Source of the DNA: Candidatus Bathyarchaeota archaeon
GTDB lineage: Archaea > Thermoproteota > Bathyarchaeia > 40CM-2-53-6 > RBG-13-38-9
Assembly (NCBI GenBank): GCA_963807605.1
Contig: CAWECG010000001.1
Coordinates: 1 to 64,000 of the forward strand
DNA length: 64,000 nucleotides
Direction of reading: 5' to 3'
Part shown: in pieces, positions 38,850-47,858 of the stretch
Layout of the letters: every line of letters starts with the position of its first letter
Position numbering within the stretch: the stretch's first letter is position 1
Program-made: the position numbers and the translations under genes
Notes under the pieces: generated by a model
Seen by the model: the letters and a program-made list of their open reading frames with translations, nothing else
Told to the model about the DNA's origin: nothing
Databases searched by the model: none

Positions 38850-39120
38850 CATGGTCACGCAGAATATCCGATACGTGACGCTGCTCCAAAAGTGGCAGAA
38901 TTGTTGTCGGAAGATTCTGCATGATAGAGCTAGCCCCGCGATGATGAGGGCTTAAAGAACCGACAGGCTGCAGTAACTTAGACTAAACTGCAAGGACTCG
39001 GTCGCAAACCGAGCGCCTGTCGTTATATTCACGCCTGTAAGACGGGCGGGTACACGGCACCCGTTCCCTAATCCTCGAAATGACGGGAGCCAAACCAGCG
39101 CACCTACTCAAGCGCTTAAC
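38850..39120 (+). ncRNA. Candidate highly structured RNA upstream of the capsid genes
   Basis: At least 8 helices, including a three-way junction closed by CGACAGGC/GCCTGTCG (38961-68/39015-22). Confidence 0.55.
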
Positions 39121-39137
39121 AAATGGAGTGATGAGAA

Positions 39138-39575
39138 ATGGCAATAGATTATTGGCCTCAGAAAGACGGCGTAATATCACTAAACCCAGTAGTCGGCTTC
39201 TTCATGACCGGCGACACATCAGTCGTCAACGGCTTAGGAGTCCAATGCTACACATCTGACACTGCTGGACAAGTCACGATTATGCTTGCCACAGCCAAGC
39301 AGGGTTGGGGCATAGCATTGGCAACACAGGCAACAGCCGGAAAAACTGTTCCCGTTTGCACTCGCGGATTTGTCAAGGCAATAGCAGGCGGAACCTATAC
39401 TCGAAACCTCGCGGTTGCTTTTGACTCAGCCGGCAAGGTTGTGGCACTAGCAGACCAAGCAGTCAACGAGTCCGGGTCATCCACCTACACGATCTATTAC
39501 AGCGCTAAGATTGGCAGAGCAATGCGGAGTGGAACACAGAGTGGCGATGAGATTCTCATCTACCTGAACCCATAG
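39138..39575 (+). CDS. Capsid cement/decoration protein (DUF2190-like)
   Basis: Small Gly/Ala/Thr-rich protein: GIAL...AGKTVPV..RG, GKVV, IGRA...GDEI. Confidence 0.7.
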   Translation: MAIDYWPQKDGVISLNPVVGFFMTGDTSVVNGLGVQCYTSDTAGQVTIMLATAKQGWGIALATQATAGKTVPVCTRGFVKAIAGGTYTRNLAVAFDSAGKVVALADQAVNESGSSTYTIYYSAKIGRAMRSGTQSGDEILIYLNP

Positions 39576-39588
39576 GAGCGGAAGAATC

Positions 39589-40659
39589 TTGATGCAACTC
39601 AAAGAAATAGGAACCCTAATGGAAACCCAGCTTAAAGACAAGTTGGGAATCACCGGCAGCGAATCTATGGAGAAATTCATGAAGATGCAAGCCGGATCCA
39701 AGAAGTCTGAAGGCTTCGTGGATCCGATAAGTTTCAGCCCCTACAAGGATGAAGTCTACGGCAGACTGCGAAAGACAAGTCTAAACCAGCTCTACGAGAT
39801 CGTAGGCGGCGGAACCGGCACAGACTGGATAAGCTTCGTCATACCCATCAAAATCTACCAGGTAATGGCTGATGCTTTCTATGATGCAGACATCGGCGAC
39901 GAAATCCTAGCCGCAGACATTCCTAACTTCGACGGTGGAACCCTCAACTACCTATGGGGAACCATCGACAGCATGTATCCTGTAGACTACGCAGAGCCCG
40001 GTTCACCTCCAATGGTTCAGATAGAACCCGACAAGGCAGCCCTCACCCCTACACCCTTCGGAATGGACATGGCGATTTCCAGATCGTTGGTTGAAGACTC
40101 AGCCTTCGGGCTGGTTGAAACCTACGTTCGCAATGCGGGTGCGGCTATGGGATTCTTCGCCACCGCTAAGATTCTTAAAGCCCTATACGCAGGCTACGAT
40201 GCCACAGACAATGCAGTCGCAGGATCCAGCGGCGCCATCACGGTCCAACAGGTTCTAGCAGCGAAAGGCAAAGTGGAGAATCAGGGTGGACTCGCAGACA
40301 AATGCGTAGTCACCGCACCTATGAAGACTAACATATTCGGCGATACCGCAACCTTCAATCTAGCACTTCTATGGAAACAGAAACAGGTCCAAGACTACGA
40401 CATTAACGGCACCTTCGAAATGGAATGGTACACCAGAAGGGCAGTCACATTCAATGGACTCTACGACACACCCACCAGCAAGTATTACGCTCTAATCTTC
40501 GAGCAGGCCCGTGGAGCAGTCCGAGCGTGGAAGCGACCCCTAACCATCACCAACTACGACGAACCCAACGAGGGCTACGTCGGAGCAGCGGTGACGGCTA
40601 GGCAGGCAAGTGCGGCTATCCATGACGGACGCTACGTCAGCGCCATCCTCGAGACCTAA
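39589..40659 (+). CDS. Major capsid protein (HK97 fold, inferred)
   Basis: 356 aa, canonical position; ISRSLVEDSAFGLVETYVRN. Confidence 0.8.
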   Translation: MMQLKEIGTLMETQLKDKLGITGSESMEKFMKMQAGSKKSEGFVDPISFSPYKDEVYGRLRKTSLNQLYEIVGGGTGTDWISFVIPIKIYQVMADAFYDADIGDEILAADIPNFDGGTLNYLWGTIDSMYPVDYAEPGSPPMVQIEPDKAALTPTPFGMDMAISRSLVEDSAFGLVETYVRNAGAAMGFFATAKILKALYAGYDATDNAVAGSSGAITVQQVLAAKGKVENQGGLADKCVVTAPMKTNIFGDTATFNLALLWKQKQVQDYDINGTFEMEWYTRRAVTFNGLYDTPTSKYYALIFEQARGAVRAWKRPLTITNYDEPNEGYVGAAVTARQASAAIHDGRYVSAILET

Positions 40660-40753
40660 GCAAATAATCGAACATATGTTCGGTAAAACGAACAATCATT
40701 TCTAACCCTGTCTTATTGACGCGACAGGTTTCCCAATCACATAGTGGAGGTGA

Positions 40754-40930
40754 GTTGTTGTTGTTGTAGATACACAGAAGGAACTGTTTGAATCAAAAGA
40801 TCAATTAGAAGTAATCAATACGCCTGACAATCTGCTCGTCATAAAGAAAAAGGGCAAGACCGTTGCCGTCTTCAAGAACTGGTTGTACTGGTATGTTTCT
40901 CCAACCATAGAGCTAGGTTCCTATGTTTGA
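40754..40930 (+). CDS. Small protein frame lacking a canonical start (GTT start or 1-nt indel)
   Basis: Strong GGAGGTGA RBS followed by a 58-codon open frame VVVVVDTQKELF...WLYW. Confidence 0.4.
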   Translation, partial: VVVVVDTQKELFESKDQLEVINTPDNLLVIKKKGKTVAVFKNWLYWYVSPTIELGSYV

Positions 40931-41600
40931 AGGCGAACTCTTCATATCCGTTCTCACTCGCGGGTCTAGTAGTGAGGATTTCAGGGAGACCTTTGAACAA
41001 TTACAGAAGCCACCGGATACGCTTATTGACTGGGAGTTTGGCAGGCATGTTGCGAAGGCTCGTAATGACGGAGTTGTCCGCTTTTTCAAGACAGACCGGG
41101 AATACTTGCTCTTCATAGATAATGATGAGATATTTCCACATAGCGAAGTTGTAATGAAGCTATTGTCAGACGATCAGGACATTGTGTCTGGCTTATACTT
41201 CAACCGTAGAAGTCCTTTCAACCCGTTACTGTTCTACAAGATAGATCACACATTCCAGCTGAAATATAATGCAGATGACTATCCAAAGAACCGGCTTGTA
41301 GAGGTTGAAGGATGCGGAGCCGGCTTATTACTGATTAAGCGCCACGTCCTCGAGAAGATTGCTCCACCATGGTTTGACTATCATGAGCAATGGCTTCACA
41401 TTGGGGATACGATTATCCGTGAGGCTTGGGGTGAGGATATTGAGTTCTGCCAGAAAGCACGGCGGGCAGACTTCCGCGTCTACGTTGACACAGGCGCAGC
41501 CGCATTACACCCCGCAACTATTCCTATCGGTCCGCGTGAGTTGATGGATGATTGGGAGAAGGTTGTTGCTCAACGCGACTGTGTATCACTCGGTAACTAG
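40923..41600 (+). CDS. GT-A fold (GT2-like) glycosyltransferase
   Basis: ARN, FIDND, GCGAGLLLIKR, GEDIEFC..A...VYVDT. Confidence 0.85.
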   Translation: MFEGELFISVLTRGSSSEDFRETFEQLQKPPDTLIDWEFGRHVAKARNDGVVRFFKTDREYLLFIDNDEIFPHSEVVMKLLSDDQDIVSGLYFNRRSPFNPLLFYKIDHTFQLKYNADDYPKNRLVEVEGCGAGLLLIKRHVLEKIAPPWFDYHEQWLHIGDTIIREAWGEDIEFCQKARRADFRVYVDTGAAALHPATIPIGPRELMDDWEKVVAQRDCVSLGN

Positions 41601-41897
41601 GTGAAATTCTCTTTGGGCGAAATAGTCTTCAGGTGCCCCCGCTGTCATAGAGTCTTTACTGGCAGCGACCAGCTTTACTCAATGCCCTGCGAATGTCATC
41701 TTGACTGTGACCAGTGTGGGCATATTGGAACCTTAACGATTCCTGTCACTAGGCAATTAACTGGGTCCATGTGGCCTGTCTGGTCGGATCCACATCCCTG
41801 GGGATCCTACCTGCAATGCAATTTCTGCGGTGCCTTGAGTGCGAAGCCGATTATGGATGCTTTGCCAACCAGTGAATGGAAGTTCGACGTTGCCTAG
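41601..41897 (+). CDS. Cys-rich Zn-finger protein
   Basis: CPRC, CEC, CDQC, CNFC. Confidence 0.6.
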   Translation: MKFSLGEIVFRCPRCHRVFTGSDQLYSMPCECHLDCDQCGHIGTLTIPVTRQLTGSMWPVWSDPHPWGSYLQCNFCGALSAKPIMDALPTSEWKFDVA

Positions 41898-42612
41898 CAT
41901 AGCCGTCTTAACTCCTATTCCACCCCGGATTACTAATAATATTTTTGAGCCGATGAAGAGCTGGAGCAGCCTTCAAGGCACCTTTGATCACTATCTCTGT
42001 GGATCTCAAGGCGTAGACCTCTCAAAGCTTCCTCTGAAGAAATATGTGATGCACTACCGGCAACCGAGGAAGTATCCGGGTGTTCCTGAAGATTGGCAGA
42101 AGCTTTACCGAATCGCTGACGCCCGCAACATCCTCCGAGAATATGGGGAAAACTACGATTACGGTCTCTATTTGGACGCTGACATTGAGGTTCCACCGGA
42201 CCTACTTGAGCGATTAATCCGTCATGGAAAAGACATCATCAGCCCACTTGTCAGGGTTCCAACAAGCGTCGGATTGGGCTGGGGCTTCGGCTACTTCAAG
42301 AATCCTCTGCGAGATGGCTGGGTGAACAAGGAAATTCGTGAGCCTCTGCAAAGAGTTGACGCGGTCTGTACTTCTTGTATGCTTCTCTCGAATCAAGTGA
42401 TGAATGATCAAGAAGTTGGTTTCAAGCCAGTTAAATTAAGAGAGGATTTATACGCGGGTGAGGATCACGGGTTCTGTTATCTTGCTGGAAAGGCCGGCTA
42501 CGAAGTTTACGTGGACACAACCTTTGAGGTTAAGCATTGGAAGGTCTGTTGGAATCATCAGAAACTAAAGCTGGAATTGAGACCGCTGGGTGAACTTGGC
42601 TGCCCAATATAG
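41890..42612 (+). CDS. Second GT-A fold glycosyltransferase (probable TTG start 41890)
   Basis: IADARN, YLDADI, GEDHGFC...GYEVYVDT. Confidence 0.82.
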   Translation: MPSIAVLTPIPPRITNNIFEPMKSWSSLQGTFDHYLCGSQGVDLSKLPLKKYVMHYRQPRKYPGVPEDWQKLYRIADARNILREYGENYDYGLYLDADIEVPPDLLERLIRHGKDIISPLVRVPTSVGLGWGFGYFKNPLRDGWVNKEIREPLQRVDAVCTSCMLLSNQVMNDQEVGFKPVKLREDLYAGEDHGFCYLAGKAGYEVYVDTTFEVKHWKVCWNHQKLKLELRPLGELGCPI

Positions 42613-43487
42613 CGCCTTTCACCGTCGCGCAGATTGAGACAGCTAACCAATGCAATGAACACTGTCTCTACTGTGCTTTCAAAAATCAGGATTGGCACCT
42701 ACCCGTCGGTGAGATGCCGCTTCCCACCTTCCAGAAGATCCTCAGCCAGATAGGGTCGCGAAGCCTCTACGATATACGTCCCTTCTACAGTGGAGATCCG
42801 CTCCTTGAGAAAAGAATGCCTAAGATCCTGCAGATGATTAAGGACTATTGCCATGCGAGGACGACTATTTACACGAATGGAGCCTTTCTAGATGGTAGAC
42901 GGATCCTACTGGATCCTAATCTTGACGAGGTTCACTTCACAATCAGCGCGGCGACACCTGAAACCTATGCGAGGGTTCACGGTCGACCGTTCTTCAGTAA
43001 TGCGGTTGGAACCGTGCGGTGGCTTGAGAACAGGCGTAGAGAAGCCCTACGGATCCTAATTCACTTCGTCATTGTTGATGATAACTTTCATGAGATTGAG
43101 GAGTGGAAGCAGCTCTTTGAAGGTTTCGAGCAGGTAATCTCACCGATCGTGAAGAATCAAGACCTGCAAGTTTCAGAGAAATACAACACTCACAGCATTC
43201 AAGAACAGCATGAGCGCGGAACCTTCAAAGGTGATATGGGTGGGATGCCCTGTGTTCTCTACAATAACCTGACAATTGATTGGATGGGGCGTTACCTTCA
43301 ATGTTGCACCTTCTACGATCCCTCACACTGGAATTATGGAACTGTGCATGAGAAGACCGTTGACGAGGCGTGGGCGGAGCGTCAAGCAAATAGATTGCAT
43401 AATCCGATCTGCGACAGCTGCAACCTGAAAAATAAGAATTACCGAAGCATAATTGCCGACTTGGAAATGAAGGCACTATTTAGGTGA
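42600..43487 (+). CDS. Radical SAM protein with SPASM/twitch domain (start extended to CTG 42600)
   Basis: The frame upstream of ATG 42714 contains IETANQCNEHCLYC (CxxxCxxC); GDPLL, TNG; C-terminal C...CC...CxxC. Confidence 0.85.
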   Translation: MPNIAPFTVAQIETANQCNEHCLYCAFKNQDWHLPVGEMPLPTFQKILSQIGSRSLYDIRPFYSGDPLLEKRMPKILQMIKDYCHARTTIYTNGAFLDGRRILLDPNLDEVHFTISAATPETYARVHGRPFFSNAVGTVRWLENRRREALRILIHFVIVDDNFHEIEEWKQLFEGFEQVISPIVKNQDLQVSEKYNTHSIQEQHERGTFKGDMGGMPCVLYNNLTIDWMGRYLQCCTFYDPSHWNYGTVHEKTVDEAWAERQANRLHNPICDSCNLKNKNYRSIIADLEMKALFR

Positions 43488-43495
43488 AATGAAAA

Positions 43496-43870
43496 TTGTC
43501 CTTATGGCTTGCAGCATCCGATGTTAGGCCGCTATCGCCGGGTGTTTTACCTGCATCGCTTGGCTTCACAGATGACTCCGCTTTCAACAGTTGGATTGAG
43601 TCAAGTCTCCTGCCAATGTGTCAGAGTATTATTGAGGATTTCTGCGAGCAAACCTTCGATCCCACAACGGTTCCCGCCTCCATCAAGGCCGTCTGCGCTC
43701 TCTTAGCCGGTCGAATTATGAAGGAGGGCATGCTTCTAGGCGGATCCTCTACTCAGCATCTCGCAGACTTCTCCGTGCAAGTCACAGCCTTCAAAGTCTT
43801 CGACACAGACCTCAAGGATCTATTGCTGCCCTACGCGAAGAGTCGAGGCATCTTCCTCAAAACCTGGTAA
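43496..43870 (+). CDS. Head-tail adaptor (gp6/gp15-like)
   Basis: IEDFC, VPASIKAVC, LLLPY; position. Confidence 0.7.
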   Translation: MSLWLAASDVRPLSPGVLPASLGFTDDSAFNSWIESSLLPMCQSIIEDFCEQTFDPTTVPASIKAVCALLAGRIMKEGMLLGGSSTQHLADFSVQVTAFKVFDTDLKDLLLPYAKSRGIFLKTW

Positions 43871-43879
43871 GAGAGTTGA

Positions 43880-44236
43880 GTGCAAATGATGGATGTTGTT
43901 TCCTCAATCATACTGGGTTATGGTGAAAGTCTAGAAATCATGCGTCAAATTCAAACTGGAATAGACCCTTATGGAAAGCCAATCTTTACGTGGGAAACCG
44001 CTGCAACCGAGTACATTTTCATTCAGCCGCTCACAAGCAAAGAAGTCTTCGGCTCAGGCGGCCAATACAGCATCGATGATGCGAAAGGATTCTTCATGAA
44101 GACCAGCGTAACACAGGAGAATGATCAAATAGTTTGGGGCGGCGTTACCTATGCGGTTCGTGGTCTCCAACCTTTAAGGGCTAACAGCATCACGATGTTT
44201 CTACGCTCCTATTTGAAGCGAGTAATCGGGGCTTGA
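43880..44236 (+). CDS. Head closure protein
   Basis: DPYGKP, IQP, NDQIVWGGVTYAV; position. Confidence 0.7.
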   Translation: MQMMDVVSSIILGYGESLEIMRQIQTGIDPYGKPIFTWETAATEYIFIQPLTSKEVFGSGGQYSIDDAKGFFMKTSVTQENDQIVWGGVTYAVRGLQPLRANSITMFLRSYLKRVIGA

Positions 44237-44237
44237 C

Positions 44238-45662
44238 ATGGAAGATCCTAAACAACTCATAGTCTCACTGTTGAACGGTCACATCGAAGTCTATGACGAT
44301 GCTGGGGCACTAGTTCCGGTGAGTGTGAGCGCAGCCTGGCCGCAGATCGCCATGACCTTTCCCTATGTGAGCGTAGGCCCGGAACTTGGAACCCACGACG
44401 ACCCGGAAGGACTGGGCGCCATCAAGTTCAAGAGTGAAGGAGTTTACCAGATTGATATCTGGTGTAAGCTGCCTCCAGCAAATAACTATTCGACTGATCG
44501 ATTGCTCTTCGATATCCGCCAGGAAATCAAGCGGTTAGTCAAAGCCTCGATGTTCAATCCTGACCCAAGCATCCAGTATGTTCTTCCTACCTTCTGGCAT
44601 GAAACCTTCGACGAGACTCTGCTGGCGAATCGATTGACCGGCCAGATCTCAGTCATCTACCGGGAGGATCGGCTCATCTCTGGTAGCAAGCGTAAGCCAG
44701 AATCACCGTTTATACTCCAAGATCTCCTAAGTTTCTCTGAAGAATACGGTATAATCCCTATGATAACTCATGAGGGCTTTCTCTACGTTGGAACCTGGAC
44801 TACTCCAGGGCAGATTACCAAGATTGACCTTTCAACATTTACAAAGGTTAGTACGCTCACGCTTAGTACAGCCACTCACCTCGGTTTTCTAGCTGTGAAG
44901 GATGGTTTTCTCTACGCTAGTTGTGAAAGCTTCCCTACTGGAGCCCTAGTCAAAGTTGATCTAGCTACCTTTACTGAAGTTGCCACGCTTACATTCGATG
45001 ATATTAGTTACTTGGAAAATATTGTCTTTGATGATAATTATCTCTATGCTACAAGTCGCATGGCGCAGCCTGGAATCATTCTTCGAGTCAATCTTTCAAC
45101 ATTTACTCGTGACAGTGTACTCACATTCAATACTGGCGAGGACTACAGCCAATCTTTGAATATCAAGAATGGATTTCTCTACGCTGGATGCAATACTTCT
45201 CCAATTCAAATCGTCAAAGTTGACACTTCCACATTCACTGAGGTTTCAACGCTTACACTCGGTGATGGAGAAGAATACCTGGATGGAAACACCAGCATTA
45301 TCATTGGAAACAATCTGTATGTTGGATGCTACTCTACTCCTGCAATGCTTGTTCAAGTTGACTTAGCATCTTTCACTGAAATAGCGACACTAGACTTTGG
45401 TACAAACTCCTCTTACATTACTACTATGACTTCTGACAATTATGGATTTCTCTATCTTGGATTAGTAATTTACAATACTTATCCAATGCTGGCTCAGGTC
45501 GACCCGTCCACAATGAGTATTATTGGCTACGTGCTACCATTGCCAAATTATACTGGAGGAAACATTTACGGCCTCGTAGTCGACAGCGATTGCTTCTATG
45601 CTGCAAACTATGATCTCACACCTGGAGTAATATCGAAGGGACCTACTGTCATCAGTTCCTAG
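44238..45662 (+). CDS. Tail terminator-like domain fused to a beta-propeller repeat domain
   Basis: N-terminal FPYVSVG...YQIDIW; about 7 repeats of G(F/N)LY...(K/Q)VDL(S/A)TFTEV(S/A)TLT. Confidence 0.7.
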   Translation: MEDPKQLIVSLLNGHIEVYDDAGALVPVSVSAAWPQIAMTFPYVSVGPELGTHDDPEGLGAIKFKSEGVYQIDIWCKLPPANNYSTDRLLFDIRQEIKRLVKASMFNPDPSIQYVLPTFWHETFDETLLANRLTGQISVIYREDRLISGSKRKPESPFILQDLLSFSEEYGIIPMITHEGFLYVGTWTTPGQITKIDLSTFTKVSTLTLSTATHLGFLAVKDGFLYASCESFPTGALVKVDLATFTEVATLTFDDISYLENIVFDDNYLYATSRMAQPGIILRVNLSTFTRDSVLTFNTGEDYSQSLNIKNGFLYAGCNTSPIQIVKVDTSTFTEVSTLTLGDGEEYLDGNTSIIIGNNLYVGCYSTPAMLVQVDLASFTEIATLDFGTNSSYITTMTSDNYGFLYLGLVIYNTYPMLAQVDPSTMSIIGYVLPLPNYTGGNIYGLVVDSDCFYAANYDLTPGVISKGPTVISS

Positions 45663-45750
45663 GAGAAATTTTATGACTATTTCAACAGATTTTCTTGAAC
45701 CACAAATCCTAGTCACGGCCGAAAGGCCATGATAAAACAATTAAGGAGGA

Positions 45751-46170
45751 ATGGAAATGTCTTTACCCGTTAAGGGATGGATTGGCAGACTCAGAATTGC
45801 CACCACTGACGTCGGACTCACAACCAATGTCACTGGAATCACCAACGTCTCACCAAACCTGACAAATAATGTTACGGCAGCATATGAGCTTGGCAGCAGG
45901 CTACCTCAAGCCGTCCTCGAAGGCAACATTAAACTGGACATGACAATAACCAGATTTTACATTGATAACACTTGGTTCAACTATGCGTACAGCGCGACAG
46001 CTCAGACAGCATACTACGTCCGCATATACCCACAAGGAGACGGCACAGGAATGCCGTATGTTGAGTACCTTGGTAAGTTTAGCAGCTGGAAGCTAACAGA
46101 GGCACAAGCAAACGAGGTTACTGAGCAATTGACCTTTGAGGGAAGCGCAGTAAGCATAGGAACGGCGTAG
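45751..46170 (+). CDS. Tail tube protein 1
   Basis: Beta-rich; YELGSRLP..VLEGN; position before the chaperone and tape measure genes. Confidence 0.7.
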   Translation: MEMSLPVKGWIGRLRIATTDVGLTTNVTGITNVSPNLTNNVTAAYELGSRLPQAVLEGNIKLDMTITRFYIDNTWFNYAYSATAQTAYYVRIYPQGDGTGMPYVEYLGKFSSWKLTEAQANEVTEQLTFEGSAVSIGTA

Positions 46171-46185
46171 GGGAGAAGGCCTGAA

Positions 46186-46866
46186 ATGTCTTTACCCTTC
46201 AAAGGATGGAATGGAGCCCTCGTCTTCTCAGGCGACCTAGTGAAGGAAGAATGCGTCGGCTCACCCGCAGTTGCGGCTCAGACAATCTTCTACACCAACT
46301 CGTTTCCCATCGTGAACTCTTCAACTAGAGTAGTCACAGACACGTCGTCCGACATCACCGTCTACGATAACGGCTCAGTCGTCGACTCTGGCAACTACAC
46401 CATCGTCGGAAGCCTCGGCAAGATAACATTTGGCACAGCCCCAGGAGCAGGACATGAGATCCTAGTCACATACAGTTACACCCTCACGGCTGGCTTCATT
46501 CAGAACGCCGGCATCGAGACTGACAACAAACTAGACGGCATCTACGGATATGGCAGTAGACTTCCTGGAGCAATCGGGGAAGGAGATATCACAATTAAGC
46601 TTACTTGCCAACGAGCCTTCGTCGATAGAGATCTGGTAGGCAAAGCCATAGCGGAGCTTGGGGAAACAACCTTCGGCGAAGGATCTGAAAGATTGCCCGC
46701 GTTCACAATCAACTTGTATCCTAAAGGAGTTGTGTCCACAGCGCCGTACTTCATCCTGACCGGAGCCAAGTGCAACACTTGGAAGCTGAACGGTCCACAA
46801 AACGCATGGGTCACTGAAGACTCGGAATTTCTCTGCGCCACGATAACCCCGGCAACGGTAAGCTAG
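46186..46866 (+). CDS. Tail tube protein 2 (paralogue with inserted beta domain)
   Basis: Shares MSLPxKGW and YxxGSRLPxAxxEGxI with tube protein 1. Confidence 0.7.
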   Translation: MSLPFKGWNGALVFSGDLVKEECVGSPAVAAQTIFYTNSFPIVNSSTRVVTDTSSDITVYDNGSVVDSGNYTIVGSLGKITFGTAPGAGHEILVTYSYTLTAGFIQNAGIETDNKLDGIYGYGSRLPGAIGEGDITIKLTCQRAFVDRDLVGKAIAELGETTFGEGSERLPAFTINLYPKGVVSTAPYFILTGAKCNTWKLNGPQNAWVTEDSEFLCATITPATVS

Positions 46867-47358
46867 ATGAGCAAGAACAAGAAGCCACGCCAAACCTCGG
46901 GAGAGATCGAGGTGAAGCGACAGCAAATAGTATCAAGAGCCAAGGCATTAGAGGACGCTCAACGTGCAGAGGAGGAACTCCTAGCCAGGGCTGAGAAAGC
47001 CGCCTACCTCACCCTTGAGGAAATCATCGCCAAAGAACCTAAGATGATCGAGGTCTACGTGCCCGCCCTCGACTGTAAGATCAAGATTAAACCTATCAAC
47101 GTGGAGGACTACCTCAAGAGCCTGAAGTTCAGATCCCAACGAGACGAGGAGGGCACGATGAACTACTTCGTCCACATGCTTCTAAGCTCGTGGGGCAAAT
47201 GTGACCCGACAGTCACCGAGGAAAAACTGCGAAAGATGAACCTCGCCACCCTCGTCAAGATAACCGCGGCGATCCCGATACCCAAGATAGACATTACACA
47301 GAACCCTTTACGATTGAATCAGTTAAAGCCGCCGCCCGAACCCCGGAAGGCCGCGTAG
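46867..47358 (+). CDS. Tail assembly chaperone (gpG-like); -1 frameshift product extends to 47492
   Basis: In-frame C CCT TTA heptamer at 47304-47310; -1 frame open to TGA 47490-47492. Confidence 0.8.
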   Translation: MSKNKKPRQTSGEIEVKRQQIVSRAKALEDAQRAEEELLARAEKAAYLTLEEIIAKEPKMIEVYVPALDCKIKIKPINVEDYLKSLKFRSQRDEEGTMNYFVHMLLSSWGKCDPTVTEEKLRKMNLATLVKITAAIPIPKIDITQNPLRLNQLKPPPEPRKAA

Positions 47359-47488
47359 TCTTCGTACTGCAAGACCGTTTCGGCAAGATCGAGAACATTG
47401 GCCAGCTTCAACTCGTCCAAGAATTGTTTCTCTTAGAGTCTATGAAGTATGAGAACGAGCTGATTGAGAAGGCGAGGAAGGGCAAGAA

Positions 47489-47839
47489 GTGAGCATCACC
47501 ATTCACCTAAAGGTCACGAAGGATACGGTGACGGCTCGACTTGACGAGTTGAAAGCAAAGATCCCCGACGTCGCCACGACGACTATGAAGGAATACACGG
47601 ATAAGATGGCGGCGATGGCCGAGGCTCAATGCCCCGTCGACACGGGTTATCTACTGTCAAGGATCTACTCAACAATTCTCGGCCCAATGAGTGTCGTCTT
47701 TGGAGATGACGCCAGCTACGCCGGCTTCGTCGATGGTGGAACCTACAAGATGGCCGCGCGTCCCTTCCTGACCAGCAGTGAACTCGCCTACGAGCGGGCG
47801 CTCGCTGATGCTCTCGCCGCGGATATAATCGCAATCTAG
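47489..47839 (+). CDS. HK97 gp10-like tail completion protein
   Basis: CPVDTGYL, YAGFVDGGTYKMAARPFL. Confidence 0.85.
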   Translation: MSITIHLKVTKDTVTARLDELKAKIPDVATTTMKEYTDKMAAMAEAQCPVDTGYLLSRIYSTILGPMSVVFGDDASYAGFVDGGTYKMAARPFLTSSELAYERALADALAADIIAI

Positions 47840-47858
47840 TTTAGGAAAGGGTTGAATC

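Noticed and set aside
38941-39022. C/D box sRNA or hammerhead ribozyme
   Set aside because: ATGATGA is present but there is no convincing C'/D pair, and the CUGANGA/GAAA hammerhead core is absent; kept only as an unclassified structured RNA.
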